A DNA stretch of 59,459 bases, filler included, from Sphacelaria rigidula (GCA_964200075.2; 9 parts of 9 records of this genome joined end to end with filler, not necessarily neighbours in it); one strand, 5' to 3'; positions 20,551 through 33,835 are shown, counted from the whole stretch's first letter. The notes: generated by a model not told the origin, from the sequence alone. Made by a program: numbers and translations.

Positions 20551-23500
20551 CTGCGCTCCCACGAACTTGTTGCGCTTGCGTCCGCGCTTTCCGTAAGCTC
20601 GGTGAGACCTTGCGATCCACCTTTCGGGGTCCGGCTTAGGCAGAGGCTTCGTGGGGTCAATTTTCCCTGGAGCGCGGATGGGGAAACAGCGGACATTTCA
20701 ATCATGATATAGTTCACACTTCGGACAGCTGATGAGTTACCTAAAAGAACTTATCGAAGAGAATTTTCAGAACCGCTGCCCAAGAACAAAAAATACGTGA
20801 CCGCGGGGTCAGAGAAGCCAAAGCGATACCTTTGCGCTGCTTCGCGCGCTCGGCGTCCAGCGTTGTACGGAACAAATATGGAAGAGGGGGCCAAATGAGC
20901 CACCTCATAATCCGGATCAGTATTCTGACAAGAGGGAATGTTTAGGTAGCTCATGAGCGGTCCGAAATATTCATATTCCTTGACCCGACCTGGAGCCCTT
21001 AGATTGGTCAATGTGGGACCATGCACAGATCCTGTGCGTTTTTTCCCTTTTTTGCTCATTTTTTTCCGGTAAATACATTTATCCAAGAAGAACTCCGACG
21101 AGCTTCCTCAGCCTACGTACGTACGGCCAATACATGCCCCTCCCCCCATCCCACGCGAAAAGAAAAGGAAGAAAGAGATATCGGTCGCAAAAACAAACAA
21201 AACGCGATGAGGAGGCAACGTCCAGGATTGGAAACTGTGTACGGTATCGATCTTTCAGCCAGCAGGACTATACCTTGGGCTATCAGCTTGGCGATGTACT
21301 TGTCGCGTTGCTTGGCCCGCTTCCGCAGTACCGTCTTGCGATCCGATTTGTTCTGCCGCCTCTCCGCTTTCTGCGACGTCTTGTCTACCAGCACGAGCTT
21401 GCGTGCCTGAGGTGCAAATGTCCACAGTCATTGCATAGCAACCAGTAACGTACCTCGGGTTCAAGGTAGCACGGGTTGCTTTGGCGTTGTTCTCGCGTAC
21501 TACTCTTCGATATAACTCGGAAGCGCTAGCGTCGGTAGATTTTGGGACAATAAACAGACCGTCCTCAAAACACAGTGCCCAAGTGAGTGTTAGTTGGTGT
21601 TACCGGGCGATATCCCGTTTATCAGGAGGGTGTTACTGACAGTAAAACACAGTTTTTCGGCTCTAGTGCAATGAGTAGGTAGAACTTCAAAAAAACAGTA
21701 ATTTTAGTTTCTTGACAAATACGATCGGGACAGGCTCGATCGAACGAAAATACCGAAGAGTCAGAATCTGGGCTGAAACGTGCCAGGATCCCCGATGACC
21801 GGTCAGCCCGTAATTTACTCAATATTGAACACAGATGTTTTTTTTCTTGGAATGTGGAGCGGATACTAGTATCTTCAGATCCCCAAGGTTATGAGCGGTG
21901 GCAAGGGAACGAAGTCAAGAAAAATTCCAATTGAGAATAAATTGCCAAATATCTCACCTTGAACTGGAGGTACTGTATGGCCCATCGCGTTTTCTATGGT
22001 CAAGTTTTGTCGTGAAAAATACTGTCGTCACTGCGTACATAATCTTGAAGATTCGGTGAACCTCACGAGCACCGCGTCAACCGTCCTCTCTTCTTTTTTT
22101 TTCAATGTGCTAAGATTGTGTGGCCGAAGGTGAACGAACTCGTTGCGGCATGGCTACTGACGAAGTCATCAATCCACTATTGACGACATTAAGCTGGTTC
22201 AGATAAGCAGGAGTAGAACAACGACAGGATCGATTCGTACACCACAAGTTCTGGTGCGGATGTCCAAGCATTAAAATGTCATCATCCAGCGTTTCATGAA
22301 AGAGCGGTCATAATCCGGTCATCCCACGTCTGAACAACCCCCCCACGCTCAGCGAACGAAAAGTCTGAATATTCAAAGTGGACGCGTAATGTTCAGCTTG
22401 AATATACCGAAAATCACCACACAAATCTAAACCTTGTTTAGCCCATACTTCCGCTCTAAGCTGGTAGGCAATGCTTAGCCCCAACTGCGGTAGCGCAAGG
22501 TGTGATAAACACAACGCACAGGTAACAGGTTTTCAGAGGCCCCAAGACCGCTTACCCAAGGGTGATACTTGGGGAGGCGGGGGGCCCTATAGAAAGTACC
22601 GGTATGATCCTCAGAAATAGCTAAAAGGTCATCATCCAGGGTGGTCACGGGGGTGATATACAATTTACGGGTGATATTCACGGTAACCCCCAGCACAGCA
22701 CAGAGTTCGAGTTTTGTTCACGTCACAACCCCTCAACATACATGGCCCCATAAACCCTCCGTAAGTGGAACACGCTCAACAAGTTCATAAAATAAAAAAA
22801 ATCAAGTTGCGGTGCGTTGCCATCCCACCCCCCTCCCGCCAGGCCGCCCGCCCGCGTAACGTAAGGAATGCCACCGTACAATTGCGCCATGAACTCACCC
22901 TGCTTGAGCGCGGCAACTCGGTCATCTCCAGCTTCAGCGGATCCAGACCCTCTGCAGAAACAAGATCTTCATTGTGCGGAAGCTTGCATGCTTCTGCTTC
23001 TGATCTGTCACTGTCGAAGAAAGACCTGCCTCGATTTTTATCAGTAGACGGGTCACATTTGTTTTCGAAGATCCAGATCCAGATCCAGATCCAGATCCAG
23101 ATCCAGATTCAGATTCAGATTCATACAAAACAAAAGCGATGAAGGGTGCAAAATTAATCAACCAGTGTGGGGTAACAGTCCTGTTGCACGCTTTTTTTAC
23201 AACGGCCCAAAGACAGAAGCACTCCACTGACAGGCGAACGTGTGCCACGTGAAGAAAGTACAGCATGAAACGTTTCAGCCGCGATCGGAGTACTCCCACA
23301 AAACATGTGCTACCACACGCGGTGTTTGTATTTATATGCGACATTTTGTTTTCATCTTGTCGCCATCGCGACAATCTCTGCGTTCAAATCAAAATTTGAT
23401 TTTCGTGAGAAACACGGTTGGCGTCAGTACATTAGGGTCCGGGAAAGTGGCACGTCACTGTCAGCCGCACACGAGATATGGGAAATTTGACAAATGATAT

Positions 23501-26171
23501 AAAAATACGTTTGCGCAAAACTTCATCTGTCCCATATGTTAGGGTCTTTAGGTTTACAGGGGATTTAAACCGTGTCTGATTTTGAAAATGCTGTCATTAA
23601 TTGTTTTCTTAGGCGTTTTTTGGGTTGAAACCCGCTTCTTCTTCTTTTTTTTATTCTTCACGCTTCTACCATGCGGCTGAACGGCCTGAAAAAAAATCAA
23701 TTTGATTGAAAATAGCCATATTTTTCCCCTGTTCCGGGGGGCAAAAAAAACGAAAGAAGGAGCTATCGCACTGTTCTCGCCACACGGCACCGATGACCAA
23801 GAACAACACAGGGGCATGTATTACCGTGAGCACGGTAGGGACCCGTAACACACCGTACATGGGAAAGCCCGAAACTGTCGACCTCATATTTCACTAAACC
23901 CGCACTCGCTCGACGGGCAATCTCGCCAAAATGCTGTACGAAACCTTCTTGTTCAACGAGAACATGCGACAAGCCGATAACACCCAAATTACTGCTGATT
24001 CACTCATGTATAAGGCTTCAAACAAAACGCCACAACGCAAGGGTCTTTAGCTGACACTTCCCTCACTGCATGCGGGCGGCCATTGCACTACTGCAGGAAC
24101 TCACAGTGCAATGACCAACGATGCCTGTGCCGTTATCCTCGTATCTCCGTCCACTTCGGCGCCGAGATCCAACACCTGCACCCGGCGCACCATGTGAATA
24201 CCCGCGTTCGTGCACACGACGTTATTTTTTAAAACAAAGTATCCTTCCCTGATCCACTGGCTTGTTGACCAACCTCTAAAGCGCACCTGTGTGCTTAATA
24301 GATGATCTGTCGAGTCGACATGATGTTTCACCTATCCATCTGCCAAGTTCTCGACGGGTTCAGCACATATATTTTCCAGAAAAAATGGTAGCGATGGTAA
24401 GCTGCAGTACACATCAAACAAAAAATGAACAGACACACACACGCAAACATGAACAAATCCACGGGCTGAGCGTTCGCCGCCATCATTCATCATTCATCGC
24501 CATCATCGACGTTGCGCTCCTTTTACACTAGCTCATGAGGCAAACCACACGTACACACAACGTACACAGATATCGTAGAAACGCAGATCACCGTTGCGTA
24601 CAGTAAGCGCCGGCTGTGCATAGACCACGCCCGCTGCGGACCATCTTTCCGGCTACTTCAACCCTTCTCGGAGCGATTGTTCGAGTGTGTGCATCGGGTC
24701 ATTCTTCATTGATCTCAATTGTGCACAGAAGTGAACGTACACACCTTGTGCAAGGCGTTGGCTGTTTCCACGTCTTGAAGTACTATATCCGGGAACAAGT
24801 GGAATGGCGGAATGCTCTCATCTCCTAACGTACTCCAAACACGCAATCACATGACATATACCGAATAGGGCGATCTCTAGATAGCTGAGTCGCGCCATGC
24901 TTGCACAGCCTCGCCTTCTGTGACGGCCCTATTGCATTTGTAAGCCTGTGGTCTGCGTCAGCTTACTCCGTCCGTTCTGTCATTGTGTTTCATATTTCCC
25001 CATTTTTCGAGGTTCCGTGAGCGAGTGTTACCATTCGATGCGCAAAATTCAACCGCTCGATCTTTCGATAAATTGATCGCTCTGCCTCCTACCTAGCGCC
25101 ACAAGTTGGTACGGGAGAACACATCACTTGGTTTCGATATGGCCGACATTAACCATTCGACTACAGTGTGGTGGTTCTGAACTCTACACTATAACCGAAA
25201 TGACTTTACTTTAGACCGCAATACTCGAACTAGTTGAGATGAGAGTACCCGTGGTCAAACTACTTGAATTTAGTGTATAATAACAAATCACTCCGATGAT
25301 AAACAGATCTTTCTGGGGGCTAGCCCAAGCACTATTATAGCCCTAATCCCAACCCATACTCCCAACCGCGAGGCAGTCTAGCCGAGCCTTCAGATAATCG
25401 GCACACGAACTCGATTGCGAGGTAGGTGTTAGGTTGGGTTTCCTTCTTCCGCCAAGTAAAGTTGAAAAAAAAGCATCCCACAACCGTGACCTCCACGGAG
25501 GCAGACAGTGCATTCCCGGGAAAACAAGATTCCACCCTACGTGCGCTGGCCAGCCCCGCGCATCCGGCACAAGAAAAAACTACTTTCAGTGAAACCGTGG
25601 TCTACCCCAAGCGGGGTATGACTTTTTTTTGTCGCACTTTGGACCCCTGCTCTTCCTCGGGACGAGTCCGTGGTCTCAAGGGATCAACCCATGTCTCTCA
25701 GGTACGCGCCTTGCAAATTTGTCTCGCAGATTGGGTGAGCAGTCCCGCACCGCGTCAACTTTCAGTCAAAACAAAACGCAGTCAAGTGGTACTTGTTTCC
25801 TCACGTGCTATACTGACGCTTCCGACGGTAGAAATCAGATGTTTTAAAGAAAAAACTCATCGTCTCGGGAATCGAACCCACAGACTCGTCACCAAGAAAA
25901 AAGAAAAAGTGCCTGGTCTGTGACGAATGATCGACAAAAACATGTCCCCTGAATCCCGGGATAATGAGCGGCACTTCGACCAACTGCAAAAAAAAGGGGG
26001 CCTGAGACGGATGGAATACTGCCGGAGATTAGCTCCATCTGTCGCGAATTTGTGTGTGCACGGTACTCTTACCTTCGTGTAGGCGTCAGCCGCTTGCTCA
26101 TGGAAACGCTCCTGTTGTAACCAGTCTGCCATGCCCAGTAGGGCATTAGCCTTGTCCTCGCCGTCCAGGCC
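20551..26171 (-). CDS. SRP72: Signal recognition particle subunit SRP72, partial, 5 exons
   Basis: Exons 26171-26073, 24175-24105, 23025-22899, 21406-21274 and 20666-20551 are AG/GT-flanked and phase-consistent. The peptide has a TPR-like helix pair (ANALLGMADWLQQERFHEQAADAYTKVLDL), then a Lys/Arg-rich segment and GKIDPTKPLPKPDPERWIARSHRAYGKRGRKR. PDPERW is the SRP72 RNA-binding signature. Confidence 0.92.
21520..21910 (-). repeat. Dispersed repeat family C, copy 2 (SRP72 intron)
   Basis: The reverse complement matches 5330-5730 and 50230-50525. Confidence 0.7.
23070..23123. repeat. (ATCCAG)n/(ATTCAG)n hexamer microsatellite
   Basis: About nine tandem units, located ~45 nt upstream of an SRP72 acceptor site. 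Confidence 0.9.
25630..25893 (-). mobile_element. tRNA-derived SINE family B
   Basis: B-box GGTTCGATTCC on the minus strand at ~25868-25879. The body matches 47988-48288 and 52975-53268. Confidence 0.75.
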
Positions 26172-26502
26172 CTGATTGCATTTAAAAAAAAAAAGTGATC
26201 ATCGATGACAACACGCGAAGCAGCGGACAAAACATACTAGGCACACTTTTTTCAGCAAAAAAGACCGTCGTGTAATAAATACCACTGTTTTTTTATTATT
26301 ATTTCAGGGGGGGGGGTGGGCTACTTTTTTGTTGCTTGCTTTTTTCTTTTTATGTATTACAACGCATCTATTNNNNNNNNNNNNNNNNNNNNNNNNNNNN
26401 NNNNNNNNNNNNNNNNTTAATTAATTAANNNNNNNNNNNNNNNNNNNNNNNNNNNNNNNNNNNNNNNNNNNNGTGTGTGGAGGTGGGGCGTGGTGTTGGG
26501 GT

Positions 26503-26529
<27 letters not shown>

Positions 26530-26533
<4 letters not shown>

Positions 26534-27054
26534 CTATCGTAGAAAGTGTCTGCGATGAAATCGGGGCGTGTTGTGGCGCGTGTCTGCAAAAATAAGGGCG
26601 TCGATCACCCTGAGATGTAATACAGTGAGAAAAGATAGTGCGCAAGATCCGAATTGGATTTCTGTTCGGTCGTGCGCGAGTTCAAGCAACAGACAGTGCA
26701 AGCAGGAGCACTCCAGTGCAGTAGGCGCTGAGCAGAGAGGGACGAATAAGAGCAGGAGAGAAAGGAAAGAGCAAGGTGTCCGAGCAGTACAGAATACAGC
26801 GTGATAGCCAGCTGTATCAATGCTCGGAGTGGTGTGGGTCACAAAACCGAAATACGAGTCGAAGGTGCGGAAGCGGTGTAAGCAAGGGAGAAGGAGGGAG
26901 GAGATGTGCGATACTATGCACTGGGGGGTCTACAAACACACAAAAAGGCCAGTAACAGACAAAAGGGAATCCAGTTTTACTCCAAGCTAGGGCAAACAAG
27001 CGAAGAGTACTAACAAGCAATTGGCAGTGTGGGCAGTAACAGTGTGTGACAACA
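26530..27054 (-). mobile_element. Possible Copia-type 5' LTR and leader fragment
   Basis: The minus strand starts TGTTG at 27054. GGTTTTGTGACCCA at ~26848-26835 resembles the Copia GGTTATGGGCCCA primer-binding motif. No coding sequence is retained. Confidence 0.3.
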
Positions 27055-27262
27055 GCTTCCAAGCGAAGCTACAACAGAGGCTGGCTACAAGAGCTATCCC
27101 ATCAATCAATGGAAGTAACGGTCTATTCACTCGACGCGAGTGTCACGAAGATAGGCGGGATACTTCTCGTGTGACCTTCTTCCCAGTCTTCAAATGGGAC
27201 ATACCAACTGTGAATATCGATTCGGTTCGACGCTCTCTTGTTCACGCAGTGGGCCTGCGTAC

Positions 27263-27521
27263 TGAGACGAAAATACGCCGTAACGTTGAGTTGGTAGTGA
27301 TGATACGGATAATGACTGGGGGCAAAGGAATTCTGGAGGCATCTAGATAATGACCGCGGAAATGGAGGTGATACCTCCGGGTCTAGAAAGGCTGGTGCCT
27401 TGGAAGGCCACTCCTGAATAATGATAATGTTGTAAGGGCTGACAACTGAAACTGAGGCCAGTAAGACTGGGGAGTCCCTCAACAGCAGTGATCCACCAGC
27501 GTTCTTCTGGCTGGCGTCACA
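27263..27521 (+). repeat. 5' LTR of the Gypsy element
   Basis: The first 60 nt match the 3' LTR start at 32916 at 51/60 positions (manual count). It ends GTCACA, the inverse of TGTGAC. Confidence 0.8.
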
Positions 27522-27670
27522 ATATCGATATTAGTACCAGTGTTAGTGCTAGAAACCTGCTGGACACAATTTCGGCGGAGGATTTTAGCAGCTGTGGGAA
27601 ACCTGATAAACCATGGACGCGTGGAGAGGGTTCCGGCTGAGGCGGCTGCAGAAAGGCGGTTGGCCTGTGA

Positions 27671-28729
27671 GTGGTCCAGACTGGAGACTTGCTAAAGCTG
27701 CGTGCAGCAGGAGTTTGGAGGCTCCCACGACTGTGTGGTGCGGCGATGAAGAGAGGAAGTGTGCAATTCGCGAAAGTCCGCTGGCCTGTGAAAGTTCGCA
27801 GGTGGCCGGTTGCAGCCTTGGTGACCAATTCGCGAAATAAGTCCAGCGTGACACCCGCGGTCATGCGGGAAGAGTTGCGACCTCCTCCGTTTGGGGATAG
27901 GTCTTCCGAGAGTTTATCTCGCACTTTTTATACGAAGCACTTGGAGTACAAGAAGCGTGTGGAGCACGCTAATGCAGCGGGTGCTGTGCGGCATCAGGTG
28001 GTGTCAGTGGCCCAACAAGTGTCAACTCATGTGCAGAGAGTGTTTGCTCGTATGGAACAGAACGAGAGCACAATCACCCCGCCGCAATTGGTTGCGGCGA
28101 CCAAAGAGCATGCTGAGCATGCGGCGGGCGCCGAGGTGGAGCTGACCCAAGCGTTCGCGGCCGTGGCGAAAGCTGTCGCCATAGATCCTAGGTGAAAGAC
28201 GATGTTGGAGCGGGTGAAGCCCATCCTGTCAAATTTGGAGAAGTACTTCGCGGAAAATCCGAACGTGGAACTAGTATATCGTTCCCCCGATGGTGAGTTC
28301 ATTACCGGCCCGGCTGCAGTAATCACTAAGCCTTCGGTGGAGGGCTTGGCGCCGGAAACATTCAAGCAAGCCGGGCTTATCAAGCTGCAGCACGAAAATA
28401 CTTGGGAGGCAGACCCCTACCTGGTGATATACACCGTCGTGGCCGAGGCAAAGGAGTGGCGGAGAATAGAAACGTTTGGCCAGTCGTCCACCTCCTCGCC
28501 GAAATCTTTGCGTAACCATGGCTCGAAATCGGCCGGCCGCGCCGCGAGTATTACTTGCCACCGCTGTGGTCAGGTCGGCCATTACGCGCGCGATTGCTCA
28601 ACGTCTTCCGATCGAGAGTCTGGGCAGTCTCATGCCGCGCGCCATCATCATCGTCAGCACAAGGGCAAAAGACGAGGTGATCGGGGTGGTGGTGGCGGCG
28701 GATCCTCCGGCAGTGGAAGGTCGCAGTAG
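27671..28729 (+). pseudogene. gag: Gypsy gag (in-frame stop at 28193-28195)
   Basis: Same-frame ORFs 27671-28195 and 28202-28729, with CCHC zinc knuckle CHRCGQVGHYARDC. Confidence 0.85.
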
Positions 28730-29107
28730 AGTCCTGAGCAACGGCAGCAGCGGCAGCAGCAGCAGCAGCAGCAGGGGCAGCGGCGTCAGCGTGGGTCTGG
28801 TTCTGGGTCCGGCGCCGCCGTAGGTGCTGCTGCTCCGCAACGGACGGTGCAGGTGGGACCGACTTCTACAGTGTCGAACACTGCGCCGGCGCCGGTGGTG
28901 GCGCCAGCGGCGACGCCGGCAGCAGCGCCAGGCGCGACGCCTGTTGATGCGCCGGTCGGAATTTCGCCAAATTATTGGTCTCCTGGCTTGGGGTTGTACC
29001 CACCAGCGGTGCCGTTTGAACCTGCCGGGGCGTGTTCGTCTGCGCGGCATGCGCAGCCGTAGTGTCAAGTAAGATTAGCGGCGCATCGGTCGGCGAATGA
29101 AGTTCAC

Positions 29108-32100
29108 GTGGTGTCTGCGGACAGATACCTTCCTGCGGAATCATGTCTTCCAAATCAACGGCAGCGTGGAGCCATTGCGGTTCGAGCTGTGTTGGATTCT
29201 GGCGCCCACTTCTCTCCTCTGCCGGTGCAGATGCTGGAGGTGCTGGAGCGTCTTCTCCTGGGTTTGCCGCTGCGCATTCCGTTTTTGCTCGGGGCACGGC
29301 AGGCTGTCACCGCGTCGGGTCAGCATTTGTCAGTAACAGAGCGTACTGTTCCCTCGCAGCTGGCTTTTAAGACTGCCTGGGGGCTGGCGTCGTTGCCCCC
29401 GATCTCGTTTGCGACCATGCCGGGGTCGGGTGGCGTTGTTCTTCTGGGGCTGCCGACGCTTCAGGATCTAGGAGTCGACTCGTATGAGCGGTTGAAGGAC
29501 TCCATCAAGACGCGGATGTCTCCGACTGGTCCGCACCTGGAGACGCCCGCCTTTTTGGACAGTCGTCGCGTGAGCTTGTCGGTGGATGCTTTTCAGGAGG
29601 CTGGGGGGGCAGGTGACCGAGGAGCGGGATGTGGCGGTGGAACGCTTAGTATAGCGCGGCCTAGAGATGTTTATGGATTCAGCGGAGGAGGAGTCCGCAT
29701 CGAATGTTACGCTGGAGGAGAGCGTGACGGATGCTGTGGAAAAATGCCTCAGCGTCCCCAAAGCGGAGCGTCTGCGCGGCATATTGCATCGCCGCGTCAA
29801 CGTTTTTTGTCGTGCGCTGCGGGGTGACCCCCCTGCGCGCGTGGAGCCCAGGCGTCTTCAGCTGAAACATGGGGCGTCCACAGTGAAGACGACGCCGCGG
29901 CGGTACAATCCGGTGAAGTTGAGCTGGTTGGCGTCGTGCATGGCGGCTCTTTTGGCGCTTGGGTTGGTGGTTCTGAACCTGCAGGCGGTGTGGTCCAGTC
30001 CGGCGATGGCGGTTCCCAAGAAAGACTCGTTTCGCCTGGCGAGCGACTACAAGGTGGTGAATGAGCAGGTTGAGAAGTCGCTGGGTGTGATGCCCAATCA
30101 AGAGTAGGACATGCGTGATCTGTTGAGTGCTCATTTTTTTGGCAAGCTGAACATCCTCCAAGGTCACTGGTAGATGCCGTTGGCGGAGAAGGCGCTGGAG
30201 AATCTCACAAGCACGACTCCGTTTGGCTTGTTTACCCCGAAGCGAGTGCCGCAAGGCGTGCTAAATGCCACGGCATATTTTGAAGGCATTATGACAGAAC
30301 TTCTTGTCAGTTTGAAATTCAAGATACGGGTGGATGATGTGTTTTTGTCGTGGACACGCAAGACGAAGCTTTAGACACGCTTGATGCTATCTTGGCTCGT
30401 GCAGACAATGTTGGTTTGTTCGCGGCGGCGCATAAATGTACATTTTTCACTAGTGAAGTCGTGTGGTATGGGAACGTGTGCTCACACGGACGCGTAGCTC
30501 ATTACCCTGTCAGGTTGCAAGGCTTGTCTGACATGCGGCGCCCGGAGACGGCCGCAGAACTTATGCAATTCCTGCAGGCCGTGAATTGGCTGCGTACCTC
30601 GTTGCCGCGTACGGCAGAAACCGTTCCTACCTTGCGTTTTTCCCTTGAAGAGCTATTGGCGGGTCCTGAGAGGCGGACGAAGCGTGTTGCAAAAAAATGC
30701 GCTATTCCGCCTGCATCGTGGGTGGAGGGCAGTCTGCAGGCGTCGGCGACAGCGAAGGATCTGGTAGCTCACGCCGTGACGCTGTTCCATTCTCGCCCTG
30801 ATTGCCAGGTGTTGATGTATCCGGACGCATCTGAGTGCCATTGGGGTAGTTTTGTGACACAGGTGCCTAAAGCTGAGATGCGAAGACCCTTGCCGGTCGA
30901 GGATGTGACGCATGAACAGCTGGCTTCCCTCAGTGGCAATTTCAAGCATTCGCAGTTGCGTTGGGCCACAATTGACAAGGAAGGTTTTGCTATCGTGAGC
31001 ACATTTCTTCGTTTGAAGCGTCCTTTGTGGATGGCGTGCATATTTCCACGGATCACCGAAATCTCGTGTATATTTTCAACCCGAAAGCGTGCGTTACGTC
31101 TGTGTCGACATCATTAGCACAACGTTTGGAGGGTCGCAAAGGTGTTCTTAGCCAATATCGTTACTCGATTTTCCATATTTCGAGCGACCGTAACGCGTGG
31201 GGTGACTTGCTTTTGTGTTGGGTGAACATTCCGGCTTTGCCTGTGCGCGCTGTGGTTGTGGGTGGTCCGTCTGAACCTGATGACTCGATGCCGTCCAAAT
31301 TTGTCGTCCACCAAGCGCAACGAAAAGACCTCGGGGCCGAAGATGCGAATGTGCAATCTTTCGAGTCGGACGTTGGTACTGATGTCTTGCACAATGAAGG
31401 TCTGTTCTGTGTGCATGTGCGTGGTCAAAACGTTTTGTGGATTCCAAGCTCTGACAAGCAGTTGCAGGTGCGTCTGATGATTTGCGCGCACATGCGCGAC
31501 GCCGGGCATCGTGGTGTGGTGGCGACGCTCGTGCGCTTGCAAGAGTTTTGTGTTTGGCCGGGGATAAAAACTCATGTGCGCGAATTTTTCCTTCAGTATC
31601 TTCACTGTGCTGACTCGAGGGCGGTAGATGTTGTTCCCCGCCCGCTCGGTGAAATGGTCCATGGAACCACGCCGAATGAAATCGTTCATTTTGACTTCTT
31701 GTACGTGGGCGAGAGTGGCCCGCTAGCTTCCCAAGGTTTGTCGGAGGATGGCTTTCCATTCATGTTGGTAACCATGGATGGTTCGAGTAACTTCGTGTCT
31801 CTAGAACCAGTCGCGGTGTGTACTGCTGAATCGACTGCTGCATCTTTACTGATTTTGATGCAAAACTTTGGGGGTGCCCCGTGTGTGGGTGAGTGATACC
31901 GCCACGCATTTCAAGAGTGCGATCTTGGTCCGATTGCAAGAGGCTTTGCGCGTTGACCACCAGCTTGCGATGGCGTATTCTCCATAGTCTAACGGCACGT
32001 GCGAACTCATGGTCAAGAACGTAGTTCGTGCCCTTCGCTCTATTCTTCTTGAGCAGCGTAGAGCGGTCTACGAGTTGGTGTACGTGTTGGTGGTGGTGCA

Positions 32101-32842
32101 ATGGGCGCTCAATACAGCGTATCGTCGTCGTTACGATAGTATGCCGTACCACGTGATGTTTGGTCATGCCCCTCGGACGTCTTTCTCGGTGTTGGCGTCT
32201 TCGTCGGCGGGGGAATGGAGTTGTGATGTCTTGGATGATGGTCAAATGAACCTTGCATTGCAACGAGTCTTGGACTTGCAAGAACGTTTCCACGTTCGAG
32301 TGCAGGAGCGTGTTGCCGCTGAACGTGCGTGTAGACCTGAGGGGTCCTCGTCGGGGCTCGAACTGCCTAACTTTGAGGTAGGCGACTATGTCTTGTATGC
32401 ACGCGTGCGTCGTCCGGGGGATACGCCCAAGTTGACGGCGATATGGACTGGTCCATGGAGAGTGGTTGGTACTCACCACCGGCACGTGTTTGAGATCCAG
32501 AACATGGTTTCGGGTCGTGTTCATACCGCCCATGTCGGTCGTTTGCGTTTTTATGCAGACTCACAGCTGAATGTTACGGCTGACGTCAAGGACATGTTCC
32601 AGCATGCTTTCAATCAGGGGCAATTCCAGATGGCTGGTATTGTCCGAGTGGCAGAAGCAGACGATCATTTGTTGATCGTGTTGGTCGACTGGGTTGATTT
32701 CGAAGTTGAGCAGCGTACGTGGGAGCCTTTCAAGGATATTGTTGAGGTCGCTCCGGAGTTTCTCACGAAGGAGTTGCGTAAATTGCACATGACTCGGGTC
32801 TTTGCTGCTCGCATGACGAGTGAGCTTGGTATTCAGTTTTGA
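29108..32842 (+). pseudogene. pol: Gypsy pol (protease, RT, RNase H, integrase, chromodomain), multiple stops and frameshifts
   Basis: Protease VLDSGA. RT WSSPAMAVPKKDSFRL..DY, PQGVLNA and RVDDV (degenerate YxDD). RNase H PDASECHWG, DKEGFAIV and TDHRNL. Integrase AHMRDAGHRG...HC and VHFDFLY, GPY/F-like WTGPWRV, and chromodomain VLVDWVDFEVEQRTWEP. Confidence 0.93.
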
Positions 32843-33090
32843 CTTACTCGTCGCTTTGGCGTTTTCTACGTGTCAAGCTTGTGATCGCTTTTCGTCCAAC
32901 GCGCTTTGGGGGTGCTGTGACAAAAGTACGCCGTTACGTTGAGTCGGTAGTGATGATATAAATAATGGCTGGGGGGGGGGGGGGGGGGGGNNNNNNNNNN
33001 NNNNNNNNNNNNNNNNNNNNNNNNNNNNNNNNNNTTAATTAATTAANNNNNNNNNNNNNNNNNNNNNNNNNNNNNNNNNNNNNNNNNNNN

Positions 33091-33336
33091 CTTTCGTTTT
33101 GTCTTAGTTCTCCACCCTCCTTCTGCGGTGCTTGCCTTTATTTTTTATCGCGAGAGGGGTTCAGCAGTCCCTTTTTCTCGTCGACCGTTATGTCGAATGT
33201 TGTGTACCCACGAGATGGTCGCTCTCCACTGTTGAGCATTGTGTGGAGAAAAAATCCCAGATCGCTCCGAGATTCGAACCCACGACCTAACCGTCAAAAG
33301 GTTTCGAAGATACCAATTGAGCCACCGGGGCGACCG
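33091..33336 (-). mobile_element. tRNA-derived SINE family A
   Basis: Minus-strand head CGGTCGCCCCGGTGGCTCAATTGG (A box) ... GGTTCGAATCTC (B box). The body matches 46050-46225. Confidence 0.8.
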
Positions 33337-33835
33337 ACAGTGTTGGCCACATATACTCACAAAGAAACAGTAGACGTGATGATATCATCCGATATATCGA
33401 AACATCACAAGTGAGTGTACATTGGAGAGTTTCGTAAAACGTTTTTTCCCATCGTAGGCTTACAGTGGAAGAGAAAATAGCTGATGACGGTGCACGCTCT
33501 GTAGGGTACACCAGCTGAAATCCAGGTATTCACAGAGGTATAAAATGAGATATTTCTTAGGCGAAGAGCCTTTCGAACTACACCAGAATGTTCGGTACAC
33601 ATTTTGGTATGATTTAGTGTGTGCTACCCAAAAATCCCCCACTTTCGGGTATATACCCTACAAAACACAACTTTTTTTTTTCGTTGTGTCATCATCTCTT
33701 GGTGTCTCATTTCGTGTCTTTTTCGTCTTCCTCGTCTCGCATTTTGGCGGGGGTGTGCTCTGGTTGCGTTGATGGCAACGGTTGACACTACCATGCACAT
33801 GTTCTGATGAAAAAAAACAAAAAAAAAACATGCAG

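Larger units (their letters stand above)
27263..32990 (+). mobile_element. Ty3/Gypsy LTR retrotransposon with chromodomain integrase, decayed
   Basis: 5' LTR 27263-27521 (TG...CA). The 3' LTR begins at 32916 after a G-rich tract and is cut by the scaffold end. Domain order gag-PR-RT-RH-IN-chromo is Gypsy-type. Confidence 0.95.

Noticed and set aside
22060..22750. Possible decayed coding relic in an SRP72 intron
   Set aside because: Multiple stops and no identifiable motif.
33255..33336. tRNA gene
   Set aside because: It has A and B boxes but continues into a body shared with another dispersed copy, so it is a SINE head. The same applies to 48215-48288 and 53195-53268.
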